Below, in pieces: positions 55,676-64,000 of a DNA stretch of 64,000 bases (the first letter of the stretch is position 1; each line of letters begins with the position of its first letter). The stretch is from Bacillota bacterium (GTDB lineage: Bacteria; Bacillota; Bacilli; Bu12). Made by a program: the position numbers and the translations under genes. Location of the stretch: contig JADBKH010000009.1 in the NCBI GenBank assembly GCA_014896485.1, positions 28,800-92,799 of the forward strand, given 5' to 3'. The notes beneath the pieces are model-generated. The model saw only the letters and a list, made by a program, of their open reading frames with translations, was not told the DNA's origin and did not search any database.

Positions 55676-56845
55676 TTGGGCATCTCACCGATTCGAAATG
55701 TGGGGAAACGCGTGTCGACAAATTCGGCGCTGACTTTCAAGATTTCGCATACCAGTCAAGATTCTGCTGCACGTACGGGATGTTTGTTCACTCCTCATGG
55801 GGTTATTCGAACTCCTGTCTTTATGCCAGTAGGGACGCAGGCAACGGTAAAAGCGGTGAAACCCCAAGAGCTCGAGGAACTGGGCGCAGAGATCCTTCTA
55901 TCAAATACGTACCACCTGATGCTGCGGCCTGGTGAGGAGATCGTTGCACAAGCAGGCGGGCTTCACCGGTTCATGGCTTGGGAACACCCGATTCTGACCG
56001 ATAGTGGCGGTTTCCAGGTGATGAGCTTGGCGGCGTTGCGGCGCATCAGCGATGAAGGAGTTGCCTTTCGCTCCCATCTCTCTGGAGAAGCACTTTTTTT
56101 GAGTCCGGAACGAGCGATCGAGATCGAAAACGCTTTGGGAGCCGATATCATCATGGCGCTGGATGAATGTCCTCCCTACCCATGCAGCCCAACGGAGGCC
56201 CGCACTTCGGCAGAACGGACCCTTCGCTGGGCTCAGCGTTCGTTGCGTGCCCATCAACGGCGAGCCGATCAGGCGTTGTTTGGGATCACACAGGGAAGCA
56301 TCTATCCAGAGGTGCGCCGCTTCTCGGCGCAAGAGACGGCGGCACTTCCGTTCGACGGCTACGCGATTGGCGGTCTATCCGTCGGGGAGCCCAAGGCATG
56401 CTTTGGCCCCCTCCTCGATGAGACGCTTCCCTGGTTGCCAGGTGACAAGCCGCGCTACGTGATGGGTGTCGGTACTCCGGATCTTATTCTAGAGGGCGTT
56501 CTACGTGGGGTCGATATGTTCGATTGTGTTTACCCGACACGAATTGCTAGGAACGGATCCGCGATGAGTCGTTACGGCCGATTGAACTTGCGCAATGCCC
56601 GATGGGAACGAGAGTTTGGACCGATGGATCCGGAGTGCGACTGCTTTGTTTGCCGGACCTTTTCGGCAGCCTACCTGCACCACTTGGTCGTCTGTAAGGA
56701 GATCTTGGGGGCAGAATTGCTTTCCTATCACAACCTTTATTTCTTGACACATTTTATGGCAGAGCTTCGAAAAGCCATCGAGGCAGATCGCTTGCTTTTG
56801 TTTGCCCAAGCCTTTCTAGAGACGTATCACCAGGGGTTGTCCTAG
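55676..56845 (+). CDS. tgt: tRNA-guanine transglycosylase (queuine tRNA-ribosyltransferase)
   Basis: 'TPHGVIRTPVFMPVGTQATVKAV', 'DECPPY', zinc site 'CDCFVC...H'. Start ambiguous: TTG 55676 versus GTG 55712. Confidence 0.9.
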   Translation: MGISPIRNVGKRVSTNSALTFKISHTSQDSAARTGCLFTPHGVIRTPVFMPVGTQATVKAVKPQELEELGAEILLSNTYHLMLRPGEEIVAQAGGLHRFMAWEHPILTDSGGFQVMSLAALRRISDEGVAFRSHLSGEALFLSPERAIEIENALGADIIMALDECPPYPCSPTEARTSAERTLRWAQRSLRAHQRRADQALFGITQGSIYPEVRRFSAQETAALPFDGYAIGGLSVGEPKACFGPLLDETLPWLPGDKPRYVMGVGTPDLILEGVLRGVDMFDCVYPTRIARNGSAMSRYGRLNLRNARWEREFGPMDPECDCFVCRTFSAAYLHHLVVCKEILGAELLSYHNLYFLTHFMAELRKAIEADRLLLFAQAFLETYHQGLS

Positions 56846-56953
56846 GAAAATTCTCTGACGCATATCTTGGTGAAACGACGACAAACAGCTAGAATAAAGC
56901 GCAATGAGGAAAGGGCAGGAGTCCTTGATCCGCATTGCAAAGGAGGACATTGT

Positions 56954-57364
56954 ATGCCCACGCAAGCTGCACAACAGGCAGCCGGTTCACCCGGGCTCGG
57001 CATGCTGACGACGTTTTTGCCGCTGATTCTGCTCTTTGTCCTGCTGTGGTTTTTCATGTTTCGCCCGCAGCAGCGACAGCAGAAAGAGCGGCAGCAGATG
57101 CTCTCTGCCTTGGCCAAAGGCGATGAGGTGGTGACGACGGCCGGAATCCACGGCGTGGTGGTCAATCTCTCAGACCAGCTCGTGACCCTGCGTTTGGCCG
57201 ATAACCAACGTATCGTCTTTGATCGCAGTGCCATTGCTCGCATCGAACGCAATGCACCGGCCAAAGAAAGCCAAGCGAATGCACAGGGAGACGTTGCACG
57301 GTTGCGAAATAGCCGCAAACAACGGGAAAAGCCGGTAGAAACCGATATGCAAGAAGGCCAGTGA
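56954..57364 (+). CDS. yajC: preprotein translocase subunit YajC
   Basis: 'LPLILLFVLLWFFMFRPQQRQQKERQQMLSALAKGDEVVTTAGIHGVV'. Start refined (AAAGGAGG Shine-Dalgarno). Confidence 0.85.
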   Translation: MPTQAAQQAAGSPGLGMLTTFLPLILLFVLLWFFMFRPQQRQQKERQQMLSALAKGDEVVTTAGIHGVVVNLSDQLVTLRLADNQRIVFDRSAIARIERNAPAKESQANAQGDVARLRNSRKQREKPVETDMQEGQ

Positions 57365-57378
57365 GCCTCGTTGCCAGA

Positions 57379-57409
57379 CAGACGGCCCACAGATGGCCGT
57401 CTCATTTTG
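57379..57409 (+). terminator. rho-independent terminator after yajC
   Basis: GACGGCC-CACAGAT-GGCCGTC followed by TCATTTT. Confidence 0.7.
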
Positions 57410-57515
57410 CTCGTGATACACCTTCGCGGCAAAACCTCTGGTAGGAAGGTCCGGAAGGCAAAAAACAGCTGTTTTGTCTAATTGAAAGGAAAAAGCGGAT
57501 CCGGAGGCGATACAA

Positions 57516-60242
57516 ATGGCGACGGTACAGTCGAAACGACATCACACAGTGCTGTGGATCGTTGTGACCTGTGTGCTGGCGTTCGCCGCCAGTTTCGCTT
57601 TCTTTGCATTTGTACCACCCCCAGCACTTTCACAAGCGCAGCTCAATGGGGCTTCAGCAACCGACATCTATTACCGAAACGGTCAGAAGATGGGGACCAT
57701 CAATCAAAACCGGCAGGTCGTCTCACTGGATCAGATTTCACCTTACCTGCGCAACGGCGTCATTGCCATCGAAGATCACCGCTTCTATGAGCATAGCGGG
57801 GTTGACATTGTTGGCATCGGACGAGCCTTGATCGCTGATCTAACCGCTGGGAGAATCGTCGCGGGTGGATCGACGATCACCCAGCAGTTGGCCAAAAATG
57901 CCGTCGTAGGGGATCAGGAGTCATTGGGACGCAAGATCAAAGAGGCGTACTATGCCATGCAGATCGAGCGGCTCTATACCAAAGATGAGATCCTCGACTT
58001 CTACCTCAATCAAGTCTACTTTGGACATGGCGCTTACGGTGCCGAACAGGCGTCGCAGACCTTTTTCAACAAGCCCGCCAAAGATTTGACACTGGCACAG
58101 GCTGCTTATCTGGCTGGGGCTGTCAACGCCCCTTCCGCCCTCGACCCGCTCGTCAGCGATCCAAAACTGCAGGAGCAGCATCGCGCACAGGGAATGCAAC
58201 GGCGAGACCTGGTGCTCGATGCGATGGCAGAATACGGGTACATTTCGCAGCAACAAGCCGATCAAGCCAAACAGGTGACCGAGGCCCAGATGCATTTCAA
58301 CCCACATCCAAAACCTGTCATGGTCTCGACGGCACTCTATTTCGTCCAGCAGCAATTGAGCAATGAAGTGCAGAGCATCTCGTCCGAACGCTTCAACGTC
58401 GGCGGCTTCAAAATCTACACCACCATCGATTCGAGTTTGCAGAATACGGCGGAATCCACTTACCGAGACACATTTCCGCAGCTACAGAGCGGCAAAGAGG
58501 TCAAAGCCAACTTTGAGAAAAATCCGACCAACCCAGCTTATGACAGCGCCATGGTTGTCCTCGATGCAAAAAGCGGGGGCGTGCGTTCCATCATCGGCTC
58601 TTATGACTTTTTAGATGATCCTATGGCCGGACTCAACATGGCCTACAGCCCTTCTGCCCATATGCCACCCGGATCCTCGATCAAACCCATTACGGTCTAC
58701 GGGCCAGCCATCGAGTCGGGTAAGTTTACCGCTGCCTCAAAGGTTTCCGACGCACGCGGATTAAAAGCCGAAGGAGGTGTCGTCAACAATTATCCAGGTG
58801 AGTCGTACAAGACTTGGGTGCCGATTACCGAGGCCATCGCCGAATCGTACAACGTCTCTGCCATCTGGACGCTGCAGCAGTTGGGCGCACAAGTAGGCAC
58901 CACGTATGCGGAGCGTTTCGGGATACCCCTGACAGATGTGGATAAAAACAACGTGCGCAGGCTGGCATTGGGCGATCTGGACAAAGGGCTCAATCCCCTG
59001 CAGATGGCCTCAGCGTACACGGCTTTTGCCGATAACGGGGCGATGCATCCGGCGTATGTGATTGAAAAAGTCGTCGACGACAGTGGCCATGTGCTCTACC
59101 AGCACCACACCCAGTCCAAGCAGGTCTTGCAGCCGACTACAGCCTACGTAATGCAGTATCTATTACACAAGGTGATCACGGAGGGTACCGCAGCGGGTGC
59201 GGGTTTTCCAAAAGACTGGGCTGTTGCTGGAAAAACAGGAACCAGTTCCCCTCCAGAAGAACAGAGCGGAAATGCAAGGGCATCCAGGGACTTGTGGTTT
59301 GCCGGCTACACGCCACAACTGGTCGGCGCAGCCTGGACTGGCATGCGGGATCCGAAGAACCCTGCTGGGCCGCTAGAGGCATCGAGTGCGGATATGGCCA
59401 AAGTCGTCGCTGCCGTTTTTAAGGCAGCAGGACAGCCCCCTGCCTTTGAGAAACCAGCTGGCATTGTCGAGGTCAACGGGATACCCTTCATCGAAGGGAC
59501 CGTTCCCAACGACCTGCAACAACAGCAGACGCTCTCACAACAGGTCCAACAAGTGCTTTCACAACAGCAAGCCGCGCAGCAGCAACAGGCGGCTGGTCCG
59601 ATCACAGGCTTGTCGGCTACCGTTACATCCAATGGCGGCACGCCAGCTGTCCTGCTGCAATGGCAGCCCGTCGCACTTCCCGAAACACGTTATGTCGTCT
59701 ATCGCGCCACCCAACCCGATCTGGCAGACGCCCAGGCCATCGGCTCGACCTACCAACCGACTTACGTAGACAGCACCCCTGCCCAAGCCGCTCGGCTCTG
59801 GTACTTTGTAGTAGCCGTTGCCCCGGACAACACGGAGATCAGCCGTTCCAATGCTGTGGTGGTCACCCTGGGTGCTGCGCCTCCTACAATCCCGCCGAGC
59901 CAGCAACAGCAACCCCCGCAACAACAGCAACAAGCTGCTGCCCAAATTGCACTCGACGTCTCTTTGCCTGCATCGGGTAAAGCGAGTACTGTGGACTTGC
60001 ACTGGAGCGTGACGGGAGCGGCAGAACCGCAGCGTTTTGAGGTGCGGCGCAATGGAAATACGATCGTGCAACTTCCGGCTGCCGTCCACACTTGGCGCGA
60101 CCGTACCGTGCAGCCCGGACAGGCGTACACCTACCAGATCGTGGCTGTCGGAAGCAATGGGGAAACGATTGCAACCTCGGCACCGGCAGAAGTTCAGCTC
60201 CCAGCGCAAACGCAGCAAAAGCAGGCAGCCAGCGGGGAGTGA
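57516..60242 (+). CDS. ponA: class A penicillin-binding protein (PBP1A; glycosyltransferase + transpeptidase) with a C-terminal Gln-rich linker and two fibronectin-III-like domains
   Basis: N-terminal transmembrane anchor, GT51 motifs 'AIEDHRFYEHSGVD' and 'GGSTITQQLAKN', transpeptidase SxxK/SxN/KTG(T) region, then 'QQQQTLSQQVQQVLSQQQAAQQQQ' and two about 90-aa beta-sandwich-like repeats. Confidence 0.9.
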   Translation: MATVQSKRHHTVLWIVVTCVLAFAASFAFFAFVPPPALSQAQLNGASATDIYYRNGQKMGTINQNRQVVSLDQISPYLRNGVIAIEDHRFYEHSGVDIVGIGRALIADLTAGRIVAGGSTITQQLAKNAVVGDQESLGRKIKEAYYAMQIERLYTKDEILDFYLNQVYFGHGAYGAEQASQTFFNKPAKDLTLAQAAYLAGAVNAPSALDPLVSDPKLQEQHRAQGMQRRDLVLDAMAEYGYISQQQADQAKQVTEAQMHFNPHPKPVMVSTALYFVQQQLSNEVQSISSERFNVGGFKIYTTIDSSLQNTAESTYRDTFPQLQSGKEVKANFEKNPTNPAYDSAMVVLDAKSGGVRSIIGSYDFLDDPMAGLNMAYSPSAHMPPGSSIKPITVYGPAIESGKFTAASKVSDARGLKAEGGVVNNYPGESYKTWVPITEAIAESYNVSAIWTLQQLGAQVGTTYAERFGIPLTDVDKNNVRRLALGDLDKGLNPLQMASAYTAFADNGAMHPAYVIEKVVDDSGHVLYQHHTQSKQVLQPTTAYVMQYLLHKVITEGTAAGAGFPKDWAVAGKTGTSSPPEEQSGNARASRDLWFAGYTPQLVGAAWTGMRDPKNPAGPLEASSADMAKVVAAVFKAAGQPPAFEKPAGIVEVNGIPFIEGTVPNDLQQQQTLSQQVQQVLSQQQAAQQQQAAGPITGLSATVTSNGGTPAVLLQWQPVALPETRYVVYRATQPDLADAQAIGSTYQPTYVDSTPAQAARLWYFVVAVAPDNTEISRSNAVVVTLGAAPPTIPPSQQQQPPQQQQQAAAQIALDVSLPASGKASTVDLHWSVTGAAEPQRFEVRRNGNTIVQLPAAVHTWRDRTVQPGQAYTYQIVAVGSNGETIATSAPAEVQLPAQTQQKQAASGE

Positions 60243-60287
60243 GGGACACTGATCAAGACCTATTTCTACAATCATTCGGAACGTCAA

Positions 60288-61220
60288 ATGAGCCATGATG
60301 TCCCGATTACGCACCTCGACGAGCTGTTGCGGTCGGCAGATGATTTGTTGTGGGTTGATCTGTTCAACACCAATCGCGACGAGCTGAACTATGTGGGCAA
60401 AATGTTCGATTTTCACCCCTTGGCGCTGGAAGATTGCCTGCAACGAAGTCCACGGGCCAAGGTGGATTACTATGGGGATTATTATTTTTTCGTCTTTCAT
60501 GCATTGCGCTACGATGAGACCCAGGAAGTGGAAGTCGCCACGACGGAACTCAACGTCTTTTTGGGCTCCAATTATGTCGTCACCATCCATCAGGAACCCC
60601 TTGCCCCTGTCGGGCGGGTTGCCGATCGCTGCCGTCGCTCTTATCAAGATATGAACCGTGGACCAGAGTACCTGTTGTATACCTTGGTGGATGGCATCGT
60701 AGATGAGTACTTCCCCATCACGGATCGTATTGCCGTACGTATTGACGAACTTGAAGATGAAATTTACACGGAAGCCACCAGCGAAGTAACCGAAGAATTT
60801 TTGGCGCTCAAGCGGACCATCCTGCTGATTCGCAGAGTCATCCTTCCGCAACGGAGGATCTTCTCCAGTATCAACGGCAACTACTCCTTTGAAGTCAGCG
60901 AAGAGAATCGTCCGTACTATGGGGATTTGGCGGACAACCTCGACCGTATCATCGATCAGACAGCGACCTTCCGGGATCTCGTCAATGGTGCGTTGGATAC
61001 GTATTATACAATTGTCAGTGCACGCACCAACGAGGTGATGCGCGTCCTGACGATCATCTCGACGTTCATGCTGCCGTTGACTTTCATCACCGGCGTCTTC
61101 GGGATGAACATCCCCATCCCATTTCATGACTCCCTTTGGGGATGGGGGATGGTTTTGGGGCTGTTTACTGCCACGATTCTTTTTTTGCTGTTGTTTTTCC
61201 GCCGCCGTCACTGGTTGTAG
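60288..61220 (+). CDS. corA: magnesium/cobalt transporter CorA
   Basis: C-terminal two transmembrane helices with the 'GMN' motif (FGMNIPIPF). Confidence 0.9.
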   Translation: MSHDVPITHLDELLRSADDLLWVDLFNTNRDELNYVGKMFDFHPLALEDCLQRSPRAKVDYYGDYYFFVFHALRYDETQEVEVATTELNVFLGSNYVVTIHQEPLAPVGRVADRCRRSYQDMNRGPEYLLYTLVDGIVDEYFPITDRIAVRIDELEDEIYTEATSEVTEEFLALKRTILLIRRVILPQRRIFSSINGNYSFEVSEENRPYYGDLADNLDRIIDQTATFRDLVNGALDTYYTIVSARTNEVMRVLTIISTFMLPLTFITGVFGMNIPIPFHDSLWGWGMVLGLFTATILFLLLFFRRRHWL

Positions 61221-61228
61221 TTCGTTTG

Positions 61229-62824
61229 CTAGGACAAGAGGCGCTTGAGCCATGCGCCTACCCAAGGCAACGCGAACCACTCCGAACGGGAGAGGGAATG
61301 GAAGGCGAGAACTGACGCAAGGTAAACAAGTCCTCCAATAAAAAGTGCGACAAGCACAAAAATCGGGAGGGAAAATCCCTGCAGACAGCCAGCCAACAGC
61401 TGGAGAACGAGAAACAGCACACCGGCCGGTAGAAAGAGTCGTGCTGTTTCCTTGGCACCGAGACGCAACCCGATCCGCCGTGCAACGGCGATGCAGTTAG
61501 CCAGGCCACCGACGACCATGCCAATCACCTGTGCCCAAGCGGCACCTTCGATCCCTAAAGAAAAGGAACGCACGAGCACGGGTGTGAGTGCCAATGAAAG
61601 AATGGCTTGTGCAACACTGACGTAGAACGGAAGGGAAGCATATCCTGCGCCTTGTAGGATGGCCGCACTCGGCGTGCTGAGGTAGAGAAAAAGGCCGCCG
61701 ATAGAGAGGATCTGCATGAGGTTGGCAGCCTCCATTGTCCCATAGACAAGCTGGCAGAGAGGTTCGGCCAGGGTGTAAAGGACAGCGGTGACAGGCAGAC
61801 CGATCAAGAGCACGCCCCGCAACGTCTGGGTAGAAGCTGCGATCATCCCTGTGGCATCCTGGCGAGCTGCCCGCTGTGACACCGCCGGGACCAGGGACAT
61901 CGCCAGCGCATAGGTAATGACCGTTGGAAAGGTGACCAGGGGCAGGGCCATCGCTGCAAGGCGGCCGTAAGCTGCTGTCGCTTCCCGAACGGCGTATTGG
62001 GCGGCCAACAGCGCCTGGGTGATGATCATGGGCTGAATGGCGGCAGCGAGTGCATCGGTTAACTTGCTGAGCGTAACCGGTATCGAGATCTGCAGCAACT
62101 GGCTCAGTGCTGCGCTCGCTCCCAAGGAAGAACGACGAATTGGGAGAAAACTACTGCGTATGCGCCAGAAAAGCATCGCCAAAAAGGCAGTCGAGACCGC
62201 TTCTCCTGTAAGCGTCCCAAGGGATGCACCTGCTGCCGCATACTGGATGCCCGCTGCGATGAAGGCGTGTGCTGCCGAAAGGCCTACGGCGATACGCGCC
62301 ATCTGTTCGACGATCTGGGCTGCGGCCAGTGGAACCATGCGCTGGATACCGCGAAAGTACCCTTGTAGGACAGCGCCAACCGCCATGACCAGGAGCATGG
62401 GCAACGAAACCAGCAAGGGCGCTTCGGCACGGGGATCGGCGAGAAGACGACCGACGATGAGATCCTTGGCCAGATAGAGAGACAATGCGAAGGTAATCCC
62501 CAACCCCAACGTCAGCCGGAGAGCGACGCGGAGATAGGTTGCCGCCCAATCGGGACGATGTTGCGCATAGGCTTCGGCGACGGTCTTGGAAAGGGTGACA
62601 GGAAGCGATAAGGTAGTCATGTCCAAAAAAAGCACCAAGATGGGGAAAACCATCTGGTACAACCCGAGGCCTTCTGCACCAATGCTGCGTGCCAAAAGAA
62701 TGCGGTATACAAAACCCAGCAATCGGGTAATAAGGCCTGCGGCGATCAGCAGTGCCGTCTGTTGGAGCAGTCCGTCTCTACGATTCGTTTGCCGGCGATC
62801 CTGTTGACCAGGTTTGTCTACCAT
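61229..62824 (-). CDS. spoVB: MOP-superfamily flippase, stage V sporulation protein B-like
   Basis: 14-transmembrane polysaccharide-biosynthesis/MurJ-like protein, 'LLIAAGLITRLLGFVYRILLARSIGAEGLGLY' N-terminus. Syntenic position (yajC...spoVB-comN-secDF) as in Bacillus subtilis. Confidence 0.75.
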   Translation of the reverse strand: MVDKPGQQDRRQTNRRDGLLQQTALLIAAGLITRLLGFVYRILLARSIGAEGLGLYQMVFPILVLFLDMTTLSLPVTLSKTVAEAYAQHRPDWAATYLRVALRLTLGLGITFALSLYLAKDLIVGRLLADPRAEAPLLVSLPMLLVMAVGAVLQGYFRGIQRMVPLAAAQIVEQMARIAVGLSAAHAFIAAGIQYAAAGASLGTLTGEAVSTAFLAMLFWRIRSSFLPIRRSSLGASAALSQLLQISIPVTLSKLTDALAAAIQPMIITQALLAAQYAVREATAAYGRLAAMALPLVTFPTVITYALAMSLVPAVSQRAARQDATGMIAASTQTLRGVLLIGLPVTAVLYTLAEPLCQLVYGTMEAANLMQILSIGGLFLYLSTPSAAILQGAGYASLPFYVSVAQAILSLALTPVLVRSFSLGIEGAAWAQVIGMVVGGLANCIAVARRIGLRLGAKETARLFLPAGVLFLVLQLLAGCLQGFSLPIFVLVALFIGGLVYLASVLAFHSLSRSEWFALPWVGAWLKRLLS

Positions 62825-62872
62825 GTCTCACTTGTATGCAACGTATCGTGCTGTAGTACGGGAGGATGCAAG

Positions 62873-63145
62873 ATGTCCATTCCTCAACAATGGCGAGACG
62901 CCGTCGCAAGCAAAGCAGACGAGTTGCAGATGTTGGGCTATACCGATTTGACAGCTGAAGACATCTGGAATTGTGTTGCCCAATCCTGGGGAGAAGCTCT
63001 TCCCCCTGCCCATGTCATTGCTCAGGGAATCTTTGGCGTGCATGGTGCAACCGTGGTGGAATATTTGGCGCGCCACAACCGGCACCAGAAGCTCAGCCTT
63101 GAAGAGTTGGTCCGTAGCATAATTGACAGCCCAGGAAACGCATGA
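62873..63145 (+). CDS. comN: ComN (YrzD)-like post-transcriptional regulator
   Basis: Small protein ('WRDAVASKADELQMLGYTDLTAEDIWNCVAQSW') resembling ComN's conserved 'EFQYLGYDHVSKEDLWSF' segment, and sitting directly upstream of secDF as comN does in Bacillus. Start refined (GGAGGATG Shine-Dalgarno). Confidence 0.55.
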   Translation: MSIPQQWRDAVASKADELQMLGYTDLTAEDIWNCVAQSWGEALPPAHVIAQGIFGVHGATVVEYLARHNRHQKLSLEELVRSIIDSPGNA

Positions 63146-63180
63146 ATATAATGCGCCATTTATACTACAGGGAGGTTCAC

Positions 63181-64000
63181 ATTGAACGTTCGGCGTCTGG
63201 CCCTCTTTGCGGGGGTGTTGGTCGTCTTTGCGGCACTGGTCGTTTCAACCTTGACCGACACCATCTCGCCATCTTTGAATTTGTTGCACCGCGTTCACCT
63301 CGGCTTGGATTTGCAGGGCGGCTTTTCGGTAGAGCTGCAGGTGCGAACGCCACAGGGTTCGGCTCCCAGCCAGGAGCAGATGAACGAAACCATTGCAGTT
63401 TTGCAAAACCGCGTCAACGGTCTGGGGGTCAGTGAGCCGTACATTGCCAAAGAAGGCACCGATCGTGTGCGCATCGAACTACCCGGTGTCAAAAACCAGG
63501 CCGAGGCGCGTCGGCTTTTGGTCACCACCGCCCACTTAGAGATCCGCAGTGCGCCACGCAATGATCCGAGCAGCAAGGTACTGTTAAGTGGCGCAGATTT
63601 AAAGAGCGCTTCCGTCGGCACGGACAGTACCGGTCGTCCCGCCATCGACACGACATTCACCGATCCACAAAAGTTTGCCGAAGTAACGCGTACCTATCTT
63701 GGCAAACCGATCTATATCTACTTGGATCAGCAGCTTCTCTCATCTCCTGTGATTCAGGATGTGATTCAAAACGGCAAAGGCCAAATCACCGGCCAATTTA
63801 CGAGCGAAGAGGCGCGTAACCTGGCTTCACTGCTCCAAGCGGGTGCGCTGCCCACGACATTGAACGAGCTGAGCAGCAACAGCGTCGGTCCAACGCTGGG
63901 CATCCAGGCCTTTCAACATACGCTTTTGGCTGCAGCAGTAGCGATGGCGATCGTCTTTCTTTTCATGATCGTTTACTACCGCATTCCTGGACTGATCGCG
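63181..64000 (+). CDS. secD: protein translocase subunit SecD (N-terminal part; gene runs off the window)
   Basis: TTG start after AGGGAGG. 'LNVRRLALFAGVLVVFAALVV' transmembrane helix 1, then the periplasmic P1 domain 'LGLDLQGGFSVELQV'. No stop before the window end. Not in the ATG-based ORF track. Confidence 0.85.

Noticed and set aside
59559-61280. 573-codon open reading frame on the minus strand spanning the PBP1A C-terminus, the intergenic gap and all of corA
   Set aside because: Both plus-strand genes are unambiguous by homology (GT51/transpeptidase motifs, CorA GMN motif). Long antisense ORFs are expected by chance in about 60% GC DNA with few TA-rich stop codons.
1-64000. CRISPR arrays, tRNA/rRNA genes, transposases, integrases or phage genes
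   Set aside because: None found. Every intergenic region over 100 nt was inspected: there were no regularly spaced direct repeats, no tRNA-like cloverleaf starts, and no transposase, integrase or recombinase ORFs. The small HTH protein at 21689..22015 is not flanked by inverted repeats.

Overview
This 64-kb window looks like chromosomal DNA from a high-GC, endospore-forming member of the Bacillales. The evidence is an alpha/beta-type small acid-soluble spore protein (SASP), spoVB, a complete comGA–comGG competence pseudopilus operon, and the Bacillus-like gene order ruvC-ruvA-ruvB-queA-(membrane protein)-SASP-paaI-tgt-yajC // spoVB(-)-comN-secD. Gene content is mostly housekeeping:

- a GntR/HutC regulator followed by a BMP-lipoprotein nucleoside ABC transporter and deoB;
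- two adjacent family-III CoA-transferases;
- folD with a cyclodeaminase-family protein, aroK, and proB-proA-proC;
- ilvE-ilvB-ilvN-ilvC-leuA-leuB behind a T-box leader;
- a class A penicillin-binding protein (PBP1A), corA, and the start of secD.

An accessory-looking middle section carries a divergent pair of units. One is fabH plus a single-chain 3-oxoacid CoA-transferase; the other is an R2-like ligand-binding oxidase plus an SCP2-like protein. It also carries a PAP2 phosphatase, a DODA-type extradiol dioxygenase, tatA, an ABC-2 exporter, a signal-less PhoD-like phosphatase, a DUF763 protein, an M20 amidase, a patatin, and an orphan xanthine-dehydrogenase-family molybdenum subunit.

I found no CRISPR array, rRNA, tRNA or recognisable mobile element. 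The most unusual property is the number of disrupted reading frames: six in 64 kb. These are an acyl-CoA dehydrogenase with in-frame TAA and TAG, a lytic-transglycosylase-domain gene with in-frame TGA, a triple-frameshifted ABC ATPase, a frameshifted sugar-phosphate isomerase, a comGE-like pseudopilin broken by a one-base loss in a G run, and a 5'-truncated FAD-oxidase remnant. This points either to genome decay or to base-level assembly error. The R2lox-SCP2 / fabH-CoA-transferase locus is the best candidate for an undescribed lipid-tailoring system. All coordinates come from the ORF track plus manual start refinement; hand-counted positions may be off by a base in places.
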